This document shows, piece after piece, positions 7,936 through 17,114 of a stretch of 64,000 nt of DNA; positions within the stretch are counted from its first letter, which is position 1, and every line of letters starts with the position of its first letter. The notes under the pieces are model-generated. The model did not search any database. It was given only the letters and a program-made list of their open reading frames with translations, and was not told the DNA's origin. Origin of the DNA: a virus; the IMG/VR virus record IMGVR_UViG_3300012039_000001; one strand, 5' to 3'. Position numbers and translations under genes: made by a program.

Positions 7936-8421
7936 ATGAAAATCTTAGCCCTATCAAGAGAGGCAGCAGAGGATTTCGTTGCCAATCATAGAGATAGAAA
8001 ACTGGCAGTTATATCAATAACTGATCCAAAAAGCAAATTGGCTAAAATTAGAGATTTGCCTATTTTGAGACTTCAGTTCCATGATATTGAGAAAAATTAT
8101 CCTATTAGCAGTGAGTGCGGTATAAAGTTTACGACTCTCATGGCCGAGGAAATAATTGGCTTTGTTGATAGAATAAAAGATATTTCTGAGATCTTGGTGA
8201 TTCATTGCGAGGCAGGTATTTCAAGAAGTGCAGCAACAGCAGCGGCTATTTCTAGAATACTTAATTTGGATGTATCAAGATATTTTAAATATCCTTATAT
8301 ACCAAATAAATTAGTTTATCAAACGATAATGAAGTGCCATCTTGGCACAGATAAAGATGTAGATATGCCAATAGTTGAGCCTTTAGTGAATAAGTTGCCA
8401 GACGATTATTTTGGAGTTTAA
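7936..8421 (+). CDS. Cys-based (PTP/DSP-superfamily) phosphatase
   Basis: Exact C-x5-R-S P-loop 'HCEAGISRS' in a 161-aa protein. The upstream 'LRLQFHDIE' is typical of small predicted tyrosine phosphatases. Confidence 0.7.
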   Translation: MKILALSREAAEDFVANHRDRKLAVISITDPKSKLAKIRDLPILRLQFHDIEKNYPISSECGIKFTTLMAEEIIGFVDRIKDISEILVIHCEAGISRSAATAAAISRILNLDVSRYFKYPYIPNKLVYQTIMKCHLGTDKDVDMPIVEPLVNKLPDDYFGV

Positions 8422-8433
8422 AGGAGAAATAAA

Positions 8434-8652
8434 ATGTTAGTAAAAGCTTACCAGAAAAGTTTCGAGACTAATTATAATAATGTTCATGTTGGAACCTGTT
8501 TTTGGTATGAGAAAAATCTGTATATGAAAACTATGGACGTATATGGGAGCCCTGGATACGCGGTTAGATTAAGCAGTGGCAAAGCGTTTTGGTTCAATAG
8601 TGTTACAATGGTAACTCCTGATTACGATGTTAATGTCGTTAATGGCAAATAA
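8434..8652 (+). CDS. hypothetical protein
   Basis: 72-aa ORF, tightly packed. No motif recognised. Confidence 0.5.
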   Translation: MLVKAYQKSFETNYNNVHVGTCFWYEKNLYMKTMDVYGSPGYAVRLSSGKAFWFNSVTMVTPDYDVNVVNGK

Positions 8653-8653
8653 A

Positions 8654-9556
8654 ATGAATATAATAACAATTCATAATACAGTGGATGACGAAATAGTTGA
8701 GTATCCTTATGAGTCCCTAATATTCCCAGGTGGGGAGCCTCATATTAAACTAGACCCAAAATGGTTTTCTGGTAAAGTGATTTGGATTAACGCTAGGATT
8801 GGTGATTGTAATGGGTTTATGACTTTGATGTGTCTAATTGACGCCATTAAAGCGTGCAAACCGAAAAAGCTGGGTTTATTTATCCCATATCTCCCAGGAG
8901 CGAGACAGGACAGAAGGGAGTTTGGGACGGCACATACTTTACGTGTCTATGCGGAAATGATAAAAGCCGCTAATTTGGATTTAGTTGTGGTTGTTGATCC
9001 ACACTCAAATGTTCTTGAAGGAATTTTAGATCCAAGAATAGTGGGACAAGAAGAAATTGTACCTAAAGTGCATTATGGTGGATATGACGCTATAATTTGT
9101 CCAGACGCAGGAGCAGAAAAGCGTGTAAGTAAAGTTGCAAATGAATTAAAAGTAACCAGTATTATACATGCAAGCAAAAAGAGGGATGTAGTAACTGGTA
9201 AGCTATCTGGTTTTTCCATCCAAAATCCTCTTATATTCCCAGACAATAATAAGGTCTACAAATATTTAATAGTAGATGACATTTGTGATGGTGGAGGCAC
9301 ATTTATTGGGTTGGCCAAAGAAATAAATAGAACTTTCCTTCAAAAGTATCAATTAGATTTATTTATCAGTCACGCCATCTTCTCTAAGGGAATTGATGAT
9401 TTATTGCAATGTTTCAATAGAATAATAACAACAGATTCATTTCCATTTGAGAATTTTGAATTAGCGAATGATTGGATTAAATATGGACAATCAAAAGTTT
9501 TAGTCAGTAGGTTGATTTTCTTGGCTCAGGATATAATGAAAAAGGAGTTAATATAA
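8654..9556 (+). CDS. prs: ribose-phosphate pyrophosphokinase-family protein (Prs-like; possible ADPR pyrophosphokinase)
   Basis: 'FPGGEPHIKL', 'IPYLPGARQDR', 'VVVDPHS' and the PRPP loop 'LIVDDICDGGGTF' are collinear with Prs. ATG 8654 follows the previous stop. Confidence 0.85.
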   Translation: MNIITIHNTVDDEIVEYPYESLIFPGGEPHIKLDPKWFSGKVIWINARIGDCNGFMTLMCLIDAIKACKPKKLGLFIPYLPGARQDRREFGTAHTLRVYAEMIKAANLDLVVVVDPHSNVLEGILDPRIVGQEEIVPKVHYGGYDAIICPDAGAEKRVSKVANELKVTSIIHASKKRDVVTGKLSGFSIQNPLIFPDNNKVYKYLIVDDICDGGGTFIGLAKEINRTFLQKYQLDLFISHAIFSKGIDDLLQCFNRIITTDSFPFENFELANDWIKYGQSKVLVSRLIFLAQDIMKKELI

Positions 9557-9744
9557 TGGAAAAGGCAAAGTATAAGTATTATGTTGTTGTAAAGGAAGTG
9601 TGGAATAATAACATTATAATAGAAAGCGATAATCCTCTAACGAGAGAAGATTTAATAAAAGAAGTTGAAAAAGACATAGAAGAAGGCGACTTGGCTTACA
9701 GCCATACGCTAGAATCAGATGAATGGGAAACAGGAGAACTATAA
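9556..9744 (+). CDS. hypothetical acidic protein
   Basis: 62-aa ORF bridging the Prs-like and NAMPT-like genes, with start and stop overlaps on both sides. Confidence 0.5.
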   Translation: MEKAKYKYYVVVKEVWNNNIIIESDNPLTREDLIKEVEKDIEEGDLAYSHTLESDEWETGEL

Positions 9745-11198
9745 TGAATCCAATAGAGCTTATTGACGGTTATAAAATAGGTCATAAAGATCAGTACCCA
9801 AAAGGAACTCAAAGGATCTATTCTAATTGGACCCCGCGTTCATCTAGAATCGAAGGACAAAAAGAAGTTGTAACATTTGGTCTTCAATACTTTTTAAAGC
9901 ACTACCTAAAGGATATTTTCCAAACTTTCTTCTTTGATAAGCCAAGACACGAAGTTGAAAGAGAATACGCAGATAGAATTAAAGCCTATCTAAACCTACA
10001 GGAATTTGATACGAGTCACATTGGCGAGCTTCACGAATTAGGTTATTTGCCACTAGAATTTCGTGCTTTGCCAGAAGGAACATTGTGTCCTCTCGGTGTT
10101 CCAATGTTTACTGTTGAAAATACAGATGATAGATTCTTTTGGTTAGTGAACTATATTGAAACACTTATTTCAAATAGTATTTGGATTGGGTCAACTTCTG
10201 CTACATCAGCGTATCGTTTAAGAAAACTATTAAATACAGCGTGTCTAATGACCGGAGGAGATCCTGGGTTTGTCCAGTGGCAAGGGCATGACTTTAGCAT
10301 GAGAGGTATGGCAGGACTAGACGCAGCTATATTGTCTGGAGCGGGACATTTACTTTCATTTACAGGCACGGATACTATTCCGGCTATTGGGTTTGTTGAG
10401 AAATATTATCCAGGAGAAAATGGTTTAATTGGAGGTAGTGTTCCGGCAACAGAACATTCAGTAATGTGTGCCGGAGGAGAAGAAACTGAACTTGAAACAT
10501 TTAATAGACTCTTGGACATTTATCCCACTGGAGTATTATCTGTGGTGAGCGATACATGGGATTTATGGAAAGTAATAACTGGAATTCTTCCACGCCTTGT
10601 AAATAAGATAATGAATAGAGACGGCAAAGTTGTAATTAGGCCTGACAGTGGAGACCCAGTTAAGATTATTTGCGGAAATCCAGATGGAAAATCCGAGGCA
10701 GAAATTAAGGGAGTTGTTCAACTGCTTTGGGAAATCTTTGGAGGAACAATAAGCTCTAATAGCGATGGTTCTTTTAAGCATCTTGACCCTCATATTGGAG
10801 TAATTTACGGAGATGCAATTACTTACGAAAGAGCACAAGCTATTTGTGAAGGATTGAGGCAAAAGGGATTTGCTTCAACTAATATTGTGTTTGGTGTTGG
10901 TAGTTATACTTACCAATATGTAACTAGAGATACTTATGGTTTCGCAATGAAGGCTACTTGGGCTAGAATTAACGATAAAGAGTTCAACCTATTCAAGAAA
11001 CCAGTGACAGATACAGGGGATAAATTCTCCGCTAAAGGACGACTGGCCGTCCTTAAAAATGATGAAGGCAAATTATATTTGGTAAATGAAGCTTCAGAAA
11101 AAGATCAACTGAAATCACAGCTACAATTGGTGTGGAGAAACGGGACTTTTACTAAAGCCCAATCGTTTAAAAATGTGAGGGAGACGTTATGGGGTTAA
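9744..11198 (+). CDS. nadV: nicotinamide phosphoribosyltransferase-family protein (NadV/NAMPT-like; possible Namat)
   Basis: 484 aa. N-terminal 'DGYKIGHKDQYP', then 'HDFSMRGM', 'SVPATEHSVM', 'VIRPDSGDP' and 'VIYGDAIT' are typical of the NAMPT family. Confidence 0.9.
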   Translation: MNPIELIDGYKIGHKDQYPKGTQRIYSNWTPRSSRIEGQKEVVTFGLQYFLKHYLKDIFQTFFFDKPRHEVEREYADRIKAYLNLQEFDTSHIGELHELGYLPLEFRALPEGTLCPLGVPMFTVENTDDRFFWLVNYIETLISNSIWIGSTSATSAYRLRKLLNTACLMTGGDPGFVQWQGHDFSMRGMAGLDAAILSGAGHLLSFTGTDTIPAIGFVEKYYPGENGLIGGSVPATEHSVMCAGGEETELETFNRLLDIYPTGVLSVVSDTWDLWKVITGILPRLVNKIMNRDGKVVIRPDSGDPVKIICGNPDGKSEAEIKGVVQLLWEIFGGTISSNSDGSFKHLDPHIGVIYGDAITYERAQAICEGLRQKGFASTNIVFGVGSYTYQYVTRDTYGFAMKATWARINDKEFNLFKKPVTDTGDKFSAKGRLAVLKNDEGKLYLVNEASEKDQLKSQLQLVWRNGTFTKAQSFKNVRETLWG

Positions 11199-11380
11199 AA
11201 GGTATTAGAAAATATTGCACATGGGGTTTCTATAAACCAGATTCGATTTTTGAACTTTTAAATCCTCTGATTTCTATATGGATAGAAAAAGAGGCAAACT
11301 ATTCTTTCGAAGTCCATTTTGGCCTTTTTGGATTTGCAATTTGTGTTATTTTTGATCCAAAGGGAAGACTCATCGTGTAG
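11189..11380 (+). CDS. hypothetical protein
   Basis: 63-aa ORF overlapping the nadV end by 10 nt. Weak similarity to the next ORF. Confidence 0.4.
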   Translation: MGLKGIRKYCTWGFYKPDSIFELLNPLISIWIEKEANYSFEVHFGLFGFAICVIFDPKGRLIV

Positions 11381-11390
11381 AGGAGAAAAA

Positions 11391-11636
11391 ATGAGGAATT
11401 ATTGGTGTCCGATAGAGAACAAATTTGTTCGTTTATTTTTTGAAAGACCAGATAGTTGGAGGACTGTTTTAAGTAGTTTTGTTTTTATAAAAGTAGGATT
11501 CGAGACGTATAGTCATATACCAAATAAGCAATTTGTGGTTGAACTAAGCTTTTTTGGTTTTGATTTTGCATTGGAAATAGATTTTCAGGGTGAGATTGAT
11601 CCTTATTATAAAGTTTGGGGAGAAAGAAATGTATAA
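11391..11636 (+). CDS. hypothetical protein
   Basis: ATG 11391 is preceded by AGGAG (11381-11385). 81 aa. Confidence 0.45.
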   Translation: MRNYWCPIENKFVRLFFERPDSWRTVLSSFVFIKVGFETYSHIPNKQFVVELSFFGFDFALEIDFQGEIDPYYKVWGERNV

Positions 11637-11958
11637 TGATATTTTATTTACTATCACTAATGCTTTACATGTTTTACAAAACGAAGTTGTTTTAAATAGG
11701 TGGGTATCTGGGATATCTTCTTTGGTCGTATCTGTTATTGGATCGTTTCTTTTATATCTATCTTTAAAATATCTGTTCAAGACTCCGTGGAGTGATTTAG
11801 ATGATGAAAAGGTAGTGCCTGGGGTTATATGTATTCTAGCTAGTGCGATATTAACTGTTTTACTGTTAATATGTGTAGCAAATACCGTAAGTAGTTTACA
11901 GGATATGCATAGCCCTAATCTGTATTTGTTGAGAGGTTTTATTAAAGTTGGAGGTTAG
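11629..11958 (+). CDS. membrane protein
   Basis: ATG 11629. Two long hydrophobic helices (ISSLVVSVIGSFLLYLSL, VICILASAILTVLLLICVA). Confidence 0.5.
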   Translation: MYNDILFTITNALHVLQNEVVLNRWVSGISSLVVSVIGSFLLYLSLKYLFKTPWSDLDDEKVVPGVICILASAILTVLLLICVANTVSSLQDMHSPNLYLLRGFIKVGG

Positions 11959-11963
11959 TATAA

Positions 11964-12383
11964 ATGTCTAGAATGAAGCCTTATAATCAATTAAATGGTC
12001 AAGAGGCTGAATTTGCAACTAAAAACAAATTAGGAACTAAGGAATGGTCAGTTAAAGTAAAGGGAATGCGGAAAAGGCCGGATAGCGATGTTTCTAAGGT
12101 GGCAGGAAATGGAGAATATGGCTTTCATGCTAGGAGACAAGGGAAAGACCCAGTAAAGTTTGTAGGAACTCCAGATGGAACTCTTAAAAAGGCAAGAAAA
12201 TCTGTAGTTAGGCCAAATCAGAGGAAGTCAAGATGCTTTGTGCCTAAAGAATATTTGGGCACTTTTAATATAATGCAGATTCTTATTAAAGAATCGAGTA
12301 AGCCCAAATCAGTAATTAAACTAGAGAGAAAGAAGAGGACAAGAAACAGGAGAGCTAATTATGGTAGAAACAAAGCTGTATAG
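11964..12383 (+). CDS. highly basic protein
   Basis: 139 aa, Lys/Arg-rich throughout (…KKRTRNRRANYGRNKAV). Function not assignable. Confidence 0.5.
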   Translation: MSRMKPYNQLNGQEAEFATKNKLGTKEWSVKVKGMRKRPDSDVSKVAGNGEYGFHARRQGKDPVKFVGTPDGTLKKARKSVVRPNQRKSRCFVPKEYLGTFNIMQILIKESSKPKSVIKLERKKRTRNRRANYGRNKAV

Positions 12384-12864
12384 AGAAGGTGATAGATTCT
12401 TAATTGATATTCCCTCATTAGGAGAGTTTAAGAGACTTTGTACATTAGTCCAAATATCGCCAAACAGATTTATGTTGATTTGCGAAGGTGGTAACAGGTT
12501 GGTTGATTTCCAAAAACAAGGATTATCTGTCAATAATGGACTAGTATTGTCAGAAGTATTAGAAATAATAGCCCACAAATATAAAGACGCTAAAATCTTA
12601 GAAATAAATGGAGTAAAATTAAATCCAATAAACTTCAAAAAGGGAGATGTTTTTGAAATATCTTATGGTACTTCTTTTGATAGAGCAATAATTTACTACG
12701 ACGAGACATGTTACAGATTAGTAGTTGTAGAAGCTACTAATAAAGAGAAGGTTGGAAGTTGTTTAATGATTTGTGGTAAAACTACATGGAGTCGTCTTGA
12801 TGATTTAAATGAAAATTTGAATTATGTGAGCAACATTGCTCCTATCAAAAAAGTGAGTATATGA
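12361..12864 (+). CDS. hypothetical protein
   Basis: 167-aa ORF overlapping the previous one by 23 nt. No motif recognised. Confidence 0.55.
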   Translation: MVETKLYREGDRFLIDIPSLGEFKRLCTLVQISPNRFMLICEGGNRLVDFQKQGLSVNNGLVLSEVLEIIAHKYKDAKILEINGVKLNPINFKKGDVFEISYGTSFDRAIIYYDETCYRLVVVEATNKEKVGSCLMICGKTTWSRLDDLNENLNYVSNIAPIKKVSI

Positions 12865-12865
12865 T

Positions 12866-13087
12866 ATGAAAAGTGCGTTTAAAATTAGTGTAAGGGATAA
12901 AAATGGAAAAATTCACGATTCTTTATTCACGAGATTAAATGAATTTATTGAGGCTTATCTTAAACTTAAAAATAATTTAAATTCCATTAAGGAGTATTGT
13001 ATTTGGTACGAGGACAAGATCATAGAAAATGTCATCAGGAAAGAAGTCTTATCGGGAATAGAAACGTGGGTCACTACATCAGCATAG
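12866..13087 (+). CDS. hypothetical protein
   Basis: 73-aa ORF starting 1 nt after the previous stop. Confidence 0.5.
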   Translation: MKSAFKISVRDKNGKIHDSLFTRLNEFIEAYLKLKNNLNSIKEYCIWYEDKIIENVIRKEVLSGIETWVTTSA

Positions 13088-13123
13088 CTTTCATTAGAAC
13101 ATGGCCGAGCGGGAGGATTAACA

Positions 13124-13321
13124 ATGCAAGGGAAAATTGTAGTGTTTATAGAGGGCGGGGTTTTACAAGGGATCGTTACAGAAACTCCGGGTCTGGAGTA
13201 CATGCTGGTCGATTATGATGACGAAAAAGAAAGTGGAGAAATAGATAGATCATTTTGTGACATAGAGTACAATCCAGAGGCGGTTGAGAAGGCGATCAAT
13301 GGAACGGAAAATGATAGTTAA
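13124..13321 (+). CDS. hypothetical protein
   Basis: 65-aa ORF with GGGAGG upstream. Preferred over the overlapping alternative-frame ORFs 12997..13218 and 12955..13203. Confidence 0.5.
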   Translation: MQGKIVVFIEGGVLQGIVTETPGLEYMLVDYDDEKESGEIDRSFCDIEYNPEAVEKAINGTENDS

Positions 13322-13673
13322 TGAAAATCATATAAAAACTGCAACAAAAATAGCAGAATACTCAAATGTAATCAAAGCCCGCATGTCCTGTCTAGCTCTC
13401 TCAAAAAGAGGTAAAATAATTTGTTGTGCAAATAATCGTCTTCTAACTGGTAATAGAATTGATTGGTCAGAACACACGGAAACTGCAATAATTAGAAAAT
13501 TGAATAGACTGAAAGCGTTTGATAGATACAAAGATATTACAATATTCGTCTTTAGAATTTCTTCATCTGGAATTTCTATGGCTCGCCCCTGCTCTCGCTG
13601 CCAAAAACTACTTAATAGGTATCCAGTAAAAGTTTTATATACAAATGAAAAGGGTAAAATAGTTGAACTTTAA
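13311..13673 (+). CDS. minimal CDA-fold zinc deaminase-like protein
   Basis: 'SEHTETAII' (H-x-E) and 'RPCSRCQKLL' (PCxxC) at the spacing typical of cytidine/deoxycytidylate deaminases. The start could instead be ATG 13299. Confidence 0.55.
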   Translation: MIVNENHIKTATKIAEYSNVIKARMSCLALSKRGKIICCANNRLLTGNRIDWSEHTETAIIRKLNRLKAFDRYKDITIFVFRISSSGISMARPCSRCQKLLNRYPVKVLYTNEKGKIVEL

Positions 13674-13675
13674 AG

Positions 13676-13876
13676 ATGAAACACATAGAACATATAAAAA
13701 CTACCCTGCAAAATTTACAGGAAAATACACATTATTTTTTTGGATATAGAGATGGTCAATTATTGTATCATGTCTCAAGCCTTCCATTTATAATACAGGG
13801 AGTATATGTGATAGCGGCTGGTTGGAAAATTTTTCAAGGAAATGGCAATATTAGAACAGTAATTTGGGAATCATAA
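13676..13876 (+). CDS. hypothetical protein
   Basis: 66-aa ORF, tightly packed. Confidence 0.45.
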   Translation: MKHIEHIKTTLQNLQENTHYFFGYRDGQLLYHVSSLPFIIQGVYVIAAGWKIFQGNGNIRTVIWES

Positions 13877-13878
13877 TA

Positions 13879-14337
13879 ATGAATAAAGCCTATTTAGTGG
13901 CCGAAGGATATGACGAATACTTCACTATTATTGGAGGGTTTTCTTCTAAAGAAAAATTAGATAAGTTTTTGATTAATAATCCATCTTGTTATAGTATTAT
14001 TATAGATTTAGATAAAAAGGAAGATCTTGTAACCATACCAGTATTTTGTTGTGAAATGCGTTTACATTCCGGGAGAATAATAAACCATTATGAAGGAAGA
14101 TTTACAACAAATGCTAACGAAAAACCAGATTTGATCTGTAGATTGTTTTACAATAATACTGCGCTAGAAATAAAATCAGTTTTTGTAATAAGTACAGTTT
14201 CTCTTGATCACGCAAAACAATCTGCTAAAGAAGCTAGAGAAATGTATCTTCAAAATAATAAGAAGTGGGATAATGAGAAAATGGATATTAAAATAGAGGA
14301 CAAACTCTACGAAGGCACTGAAAGAAGAGAGGAATAA
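13879..14337 (+). CDS. hypothetical protein
   Basis: ATG 13879 just after the previous stop (MNKAYLVAEGYDE...). 152 aa. Confidence 0.55.
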   Translation: MNKAYLVAEGYDEYFTIIGGFSSKEKLDKFLINNPSCYSIIIDLDKKEDLVTIPVFCCEMRLHSGRIINHYEGRFTTNANEKPDLICRLFYNNTALEIKSVFVISTVSLDHAKQSAKEAREMYLQNNKKWDNEKMDIKIEDKLYEGTERREE

Positions 14338-14408
14338 TAATGAGATATTTAATTTCTTGGTTAACAATGTTCAATTGGATAAGAAAATACGTTTAATAGG
14401 AGAAAAAA

Positions 14409-14942
14409 ATGATAAATAAGTCAATCTTAATAGGATTAGGGGTAACTTCTATGTTTGGCATAGCGTTGTTATCTGTGTTATTATACGCTGTTCAAATCTA
14501 CAATAGATCAGTTGGGTTAGAGAACCAATTCAAGGCTTCTCTCGAAAACAGAGAGGCTCTTTATGATAATATGGTAAAACAAATTACAGAAAAACTAGGA
14601 ATAGCTAAATATGAAAGAGCGACTGTAGTAGCTCTAATAGATAACGCAGTGAAAGGAAGAGATGGAGGAACATTGTTCAAATCAGTGAATGAACAATATC
14701 CACAAGTATCTCCGGCAGCTTTTATGGAAGTTATGGCCACAATAAGTGGGAAAAGAGACGAATTCACTAGGTCTCAACAGACTTTAATGCAGCTTCAAAA
14801 AGAGTTTAACGATATGAGGACACAATTCCCTTATTCTCTTATAGTTGGGGGAAAGCCAGAACTTAAATTTGACATTGTTTCATCTGACGCAACGAAAAAC
14901 ATCATGAAAACAGGTGTGGATAACTCTATAATAACTCCATAG
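14409..14942 (+). CDS. LemA-like membrane-anchored protein
   Basis: N-terminal TM helix followed by 'IYNRSVGLENQ...', 'EQYPQV' and 'EFNDMRTQFP', parallel to the LemA-family pattern (YN..V, E.YP.L, YN...FP). Confidence 0.55.
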   Translation: MINKSILIGLGVTSMFGIALLSVLLYAVQIYNRSVGLENQFKASLENREALYDNMVKQITEKLGIAKYERATVVALIDNAVKGRDGGTLFKSVNEQYPQVSPAAFMEVMATISGKRDEFTRSQQTLMQLQKEFNDMRTQFPYSLIVGGKPELKFDIVSSDATKNIMKTGVDNSIITP

Positions 14943-14950
14943 GAAAACTT

Positions 14951-16054
14951 ATGTTGCTAATAGTAGCCTGTTCTCTCATAATCACAATTCTATCATCAAT
15001 AGTCATTGTGAAATTATTGCATTATAATGTAGAAGAAATAAAGTTATTTTTCATAGTCTCTATCTTATCTTCTTTACTAATAAGTGGGACAATTCATTTT
15101 GTTAGCTATAGGTATTTGCACTTCTATTCAGAAGTCTGGAACTATCCAGCAATGGGAGTTTCATATTATGAAGAATGGACAGAAAGAGTAACCCACACAA
15201 CTACCGATAGTAAAGGAAATACTGAAACACACACGACATATGTTTATCATCCTCCATATTGGACAGCGCCGAATCAGTATGGAGAAGATAGCATATCTAA
15301 GGCAAGCTATAATAAATGGAAAAATATATGGGGGAACGAGAAAAAGGTTGGTGTGTTTAATTTAAATCAATCTTCATGGGGAGATGGAGATAAGTTTGTA
15401 TCTGAATGGACTGGTAAATTTGAAGAAATGTTGCCTTTGTCTTCTGTGCATTCTTATGAAAATAAAATAAGAAGTACCGATAATGTTTGGGCATACAAGG
15501 AAATAACAGATAAAGATCTCCTAGAGAAATTCAAAAGACCAGCAGACAGAGGAGATACCAGTCCTATACTGGGATTTGGGATTTCAATTAAAAATGAAGA
15601 TAGACTATTCTTGGAAAGAACTAATGCGAAGCTTGGGCCAATTTATGAGATTCATACAATAGCGATTCTTTTTAATTACGAAGAATATCCAAATAGAGAC
15701 ATAGTTGAGACTATATTAAATATTTGGAAGGGACCAAATAAAAATGAATTAGTGTCTTTTATAGGAATAGACAAAGACAATAATATAAAATGGGCAGAAA
15801 CAACGAGTTGGATGGATGACACATCTATTCATAGCTTGATAAGACAAGATTTAATAGCATTAAACAAGTGGGAAGTAAAAGGTTACGGAGACGTACTCTG
15901 GAACAGAGTACAAAGCAATTGGAAAAGAAAGGAGTTTGAAGATTTTAGCTATATAAAAACAAACTTGCCTATCGGTATTGTAATGATAGAAATCTTATCC
16001 ATAATAATAGTGTGTGTTTTAGTAGTCATTATTGTTAATAAAAATAGGATGTAA
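14951..16054 (+). CDS. membrane protein (2 N-terminal TM helices, 1 C-terminal)
   Basis: 367 aa. Hydrophobic helices at both ends flank a large soluble domain. Adjacent to the LemA-like gene. Confidence 0.6.
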   Translation: MLLIVACSLIITILSSIVIVKLLHYNVEEIKLFFIVSILSSLLISGTIHFVSYRYLHFYSEVWNYPAMGVSYYEEWTERVTHTTTDSKGNTETHTTYVYHPPYWTAPNQYGEDSISKASYNKWKNIWGNEKKVGVFNLNQSSWGDGDKFVSEWTGKFEEMLPLSSVHSYENKIRSTDNVWAYKEITDKDLLEKFKRPADRGDTSPILGFGISIKNEDRLFLERTNAKLGPIYEIHTIAILFNYEEYPNRDIVETILNIWKGPNKNELVSFIGIDKDNNIKWAETTSWMDDTSIHSLIRQDLIALNKWEVKGYGDVLWNRVQSNWKRKEFEDFSYIKTNLPIGIVMIEILSIIIVCVLVVIIVNKNRM

Positions 16055-16058
16055 ACAA

Positions 16059-16358
16059 ATGTTTGAATATCATAAAGAAACATTTTCTGATGAACATGTT
16101 GTAATTACTATAGATAAATATACAGGAGGAAGAATATCTAATTTATGTGGGAATTATATTTTATTAGAAGTGGAAATACTTCAGGAACATGTATCTGAAG
16201 GCAAAATAATAAGAGATAATACATCAAGGGGGGCATCACCAAGCAGGGTGGGACAAAGAATATTGTTTGATTGTAGTGGTATTGATATAAGTAAATTTAG
16301 TCCTTACAAGACGTATTTAATAATAAAAGAGAATCGTTTTATCGCTAATTTAGATTAA
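16059..16358 (+). CDS. hypothetical protein
   Basis: ATG 16059 (MFEYHKE...). 99 aa. Confidence 0.5.
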   Translation: MFEYHKETFSDEHVVITIDKYTGGRISNLCGNYILLEVEILQEHVSEGKIIRDNTSRGASPSRVGQRILFDCSGIDISKFSPYKTYLIIKENRFIANLD

Positions 16359-16366
16359 GGGAAAAT

Positions 16367-16711
16367 ATGAAGTACGGAGATATTGATAACTACGATGACG
16401 ACTCGCCAAGATTTGAAAAGTTCTCTAAGAACAGGAAAAAAGAGAAAAAACAGTACTCCCAAATTCCAAAAAATGAGTATATTGGAGTAGAAATAGACAC
16501 AGACAAGGGGGTAGATGTATTGTATGTCGTCACTATCGAATTGGTTAGAAAATACCACACGCAAAGAGAGATAGAACATTTTTGTGATTGGATTAGTGGT
16601 CAAACAACAATTATGTTGGACGATGGAGAAAGTGGTATATACGTTGATGATTATGAAAGATGGTTAAGACAAGGAAAAAAGCATCGTCAAAATTCTGGTG
16701 ATTGGGATTAA
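16367..16711 (+). CDS. hypothetical protein
   Basis: 114-aa ORF, tightly packed. Confidence 0.5.
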   Translation: MKYGDIDNYDDDSPRFEKFSKNRKKEKKQYSQIPKNEYIGVEIDTDKGVDVLYVVTIELVRKYHTQREIEHFCDWISGQTTIMLDDGESGIYVDDYERWLRQGKKHRQNSGDWD

Positions 16712-16712
16712 T

Positions 16713-16922
16713 ATGTTAGACTACAAAACAAAAATAGAAACAGTGCATCGTTTCACCGTATCTAATAGCGATGGTCTTAATTTAGAAGCAGCTCTTCCAA
16801 AAGATTTACCAATAATTAGAATAGATGATCATTATACAAAAGGATATGTTGAAATACCTATTAAAGTTTTATTTGATATGTGTGAATGGGCAAAAAAGAT
16901 AGAAGGAGAAAATTTATGTTAG
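16713..16922 (+). CDS. hypothetical protein
   Basis: ATG 16713 lies 1 nt after the previous stop. Confidence 0.45.
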   Translation: MLDYKTKIETVHRFTVSNSDGLNLEAALPKDLPIIRIDDHYTKGYVEIPIKVLFDMCEWAKKIEGENLC

Positions 16923-17113
16923 CTGTTTATAATAATGACGAAGAAATATTGGTCTTCGAAGTAAATTCGGAAGGCAAGCCTATCGGAGATAAACCATATT
17001 TTGGGAAAAACAATAGAGATAAAAAAGATTATTATTTTCAATTAGTTGAAGGAGCCATATGTATCGGCGCTAGATTAAAGCCAGATTTCGATAAAATATT
17101 AACAAGGGAATGA
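16916..17113 (+). CDS. hypothetical protein
   Basis: ATG 16916 with AGGAG at 16903-16907. Confidence 0.45.
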   Translation: MLAVYNNDEEILVFEVNSEGKPIGDKPYFGKNNRDKKDYYFQLVEGAICIGARLKPDFDKILTRE

Positions 17114-17114
17114 G

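Noticed and set aside
11189-11636. Apparent tandem duplication of two small ORFs ('FEVHFGLFGFAICVIFDPKG' vs 'VVELSFFGFDFALEIDFQGE')
   Set aside because: The similarity covers about 20 residues of hydrophobic sequence, which is too short and biased to support homology without statistics.
12955-13218. Overlapping ORFs 12997..13218 (+) and 12955..13203 (-)
   Set aside because: Their translations are Arg/Gly/Ser-rich nonsense-like sequence. The frames chosen (12866..13087 and 13124..13321) abut their neighbours, and the second has a GGGAGG RBS.
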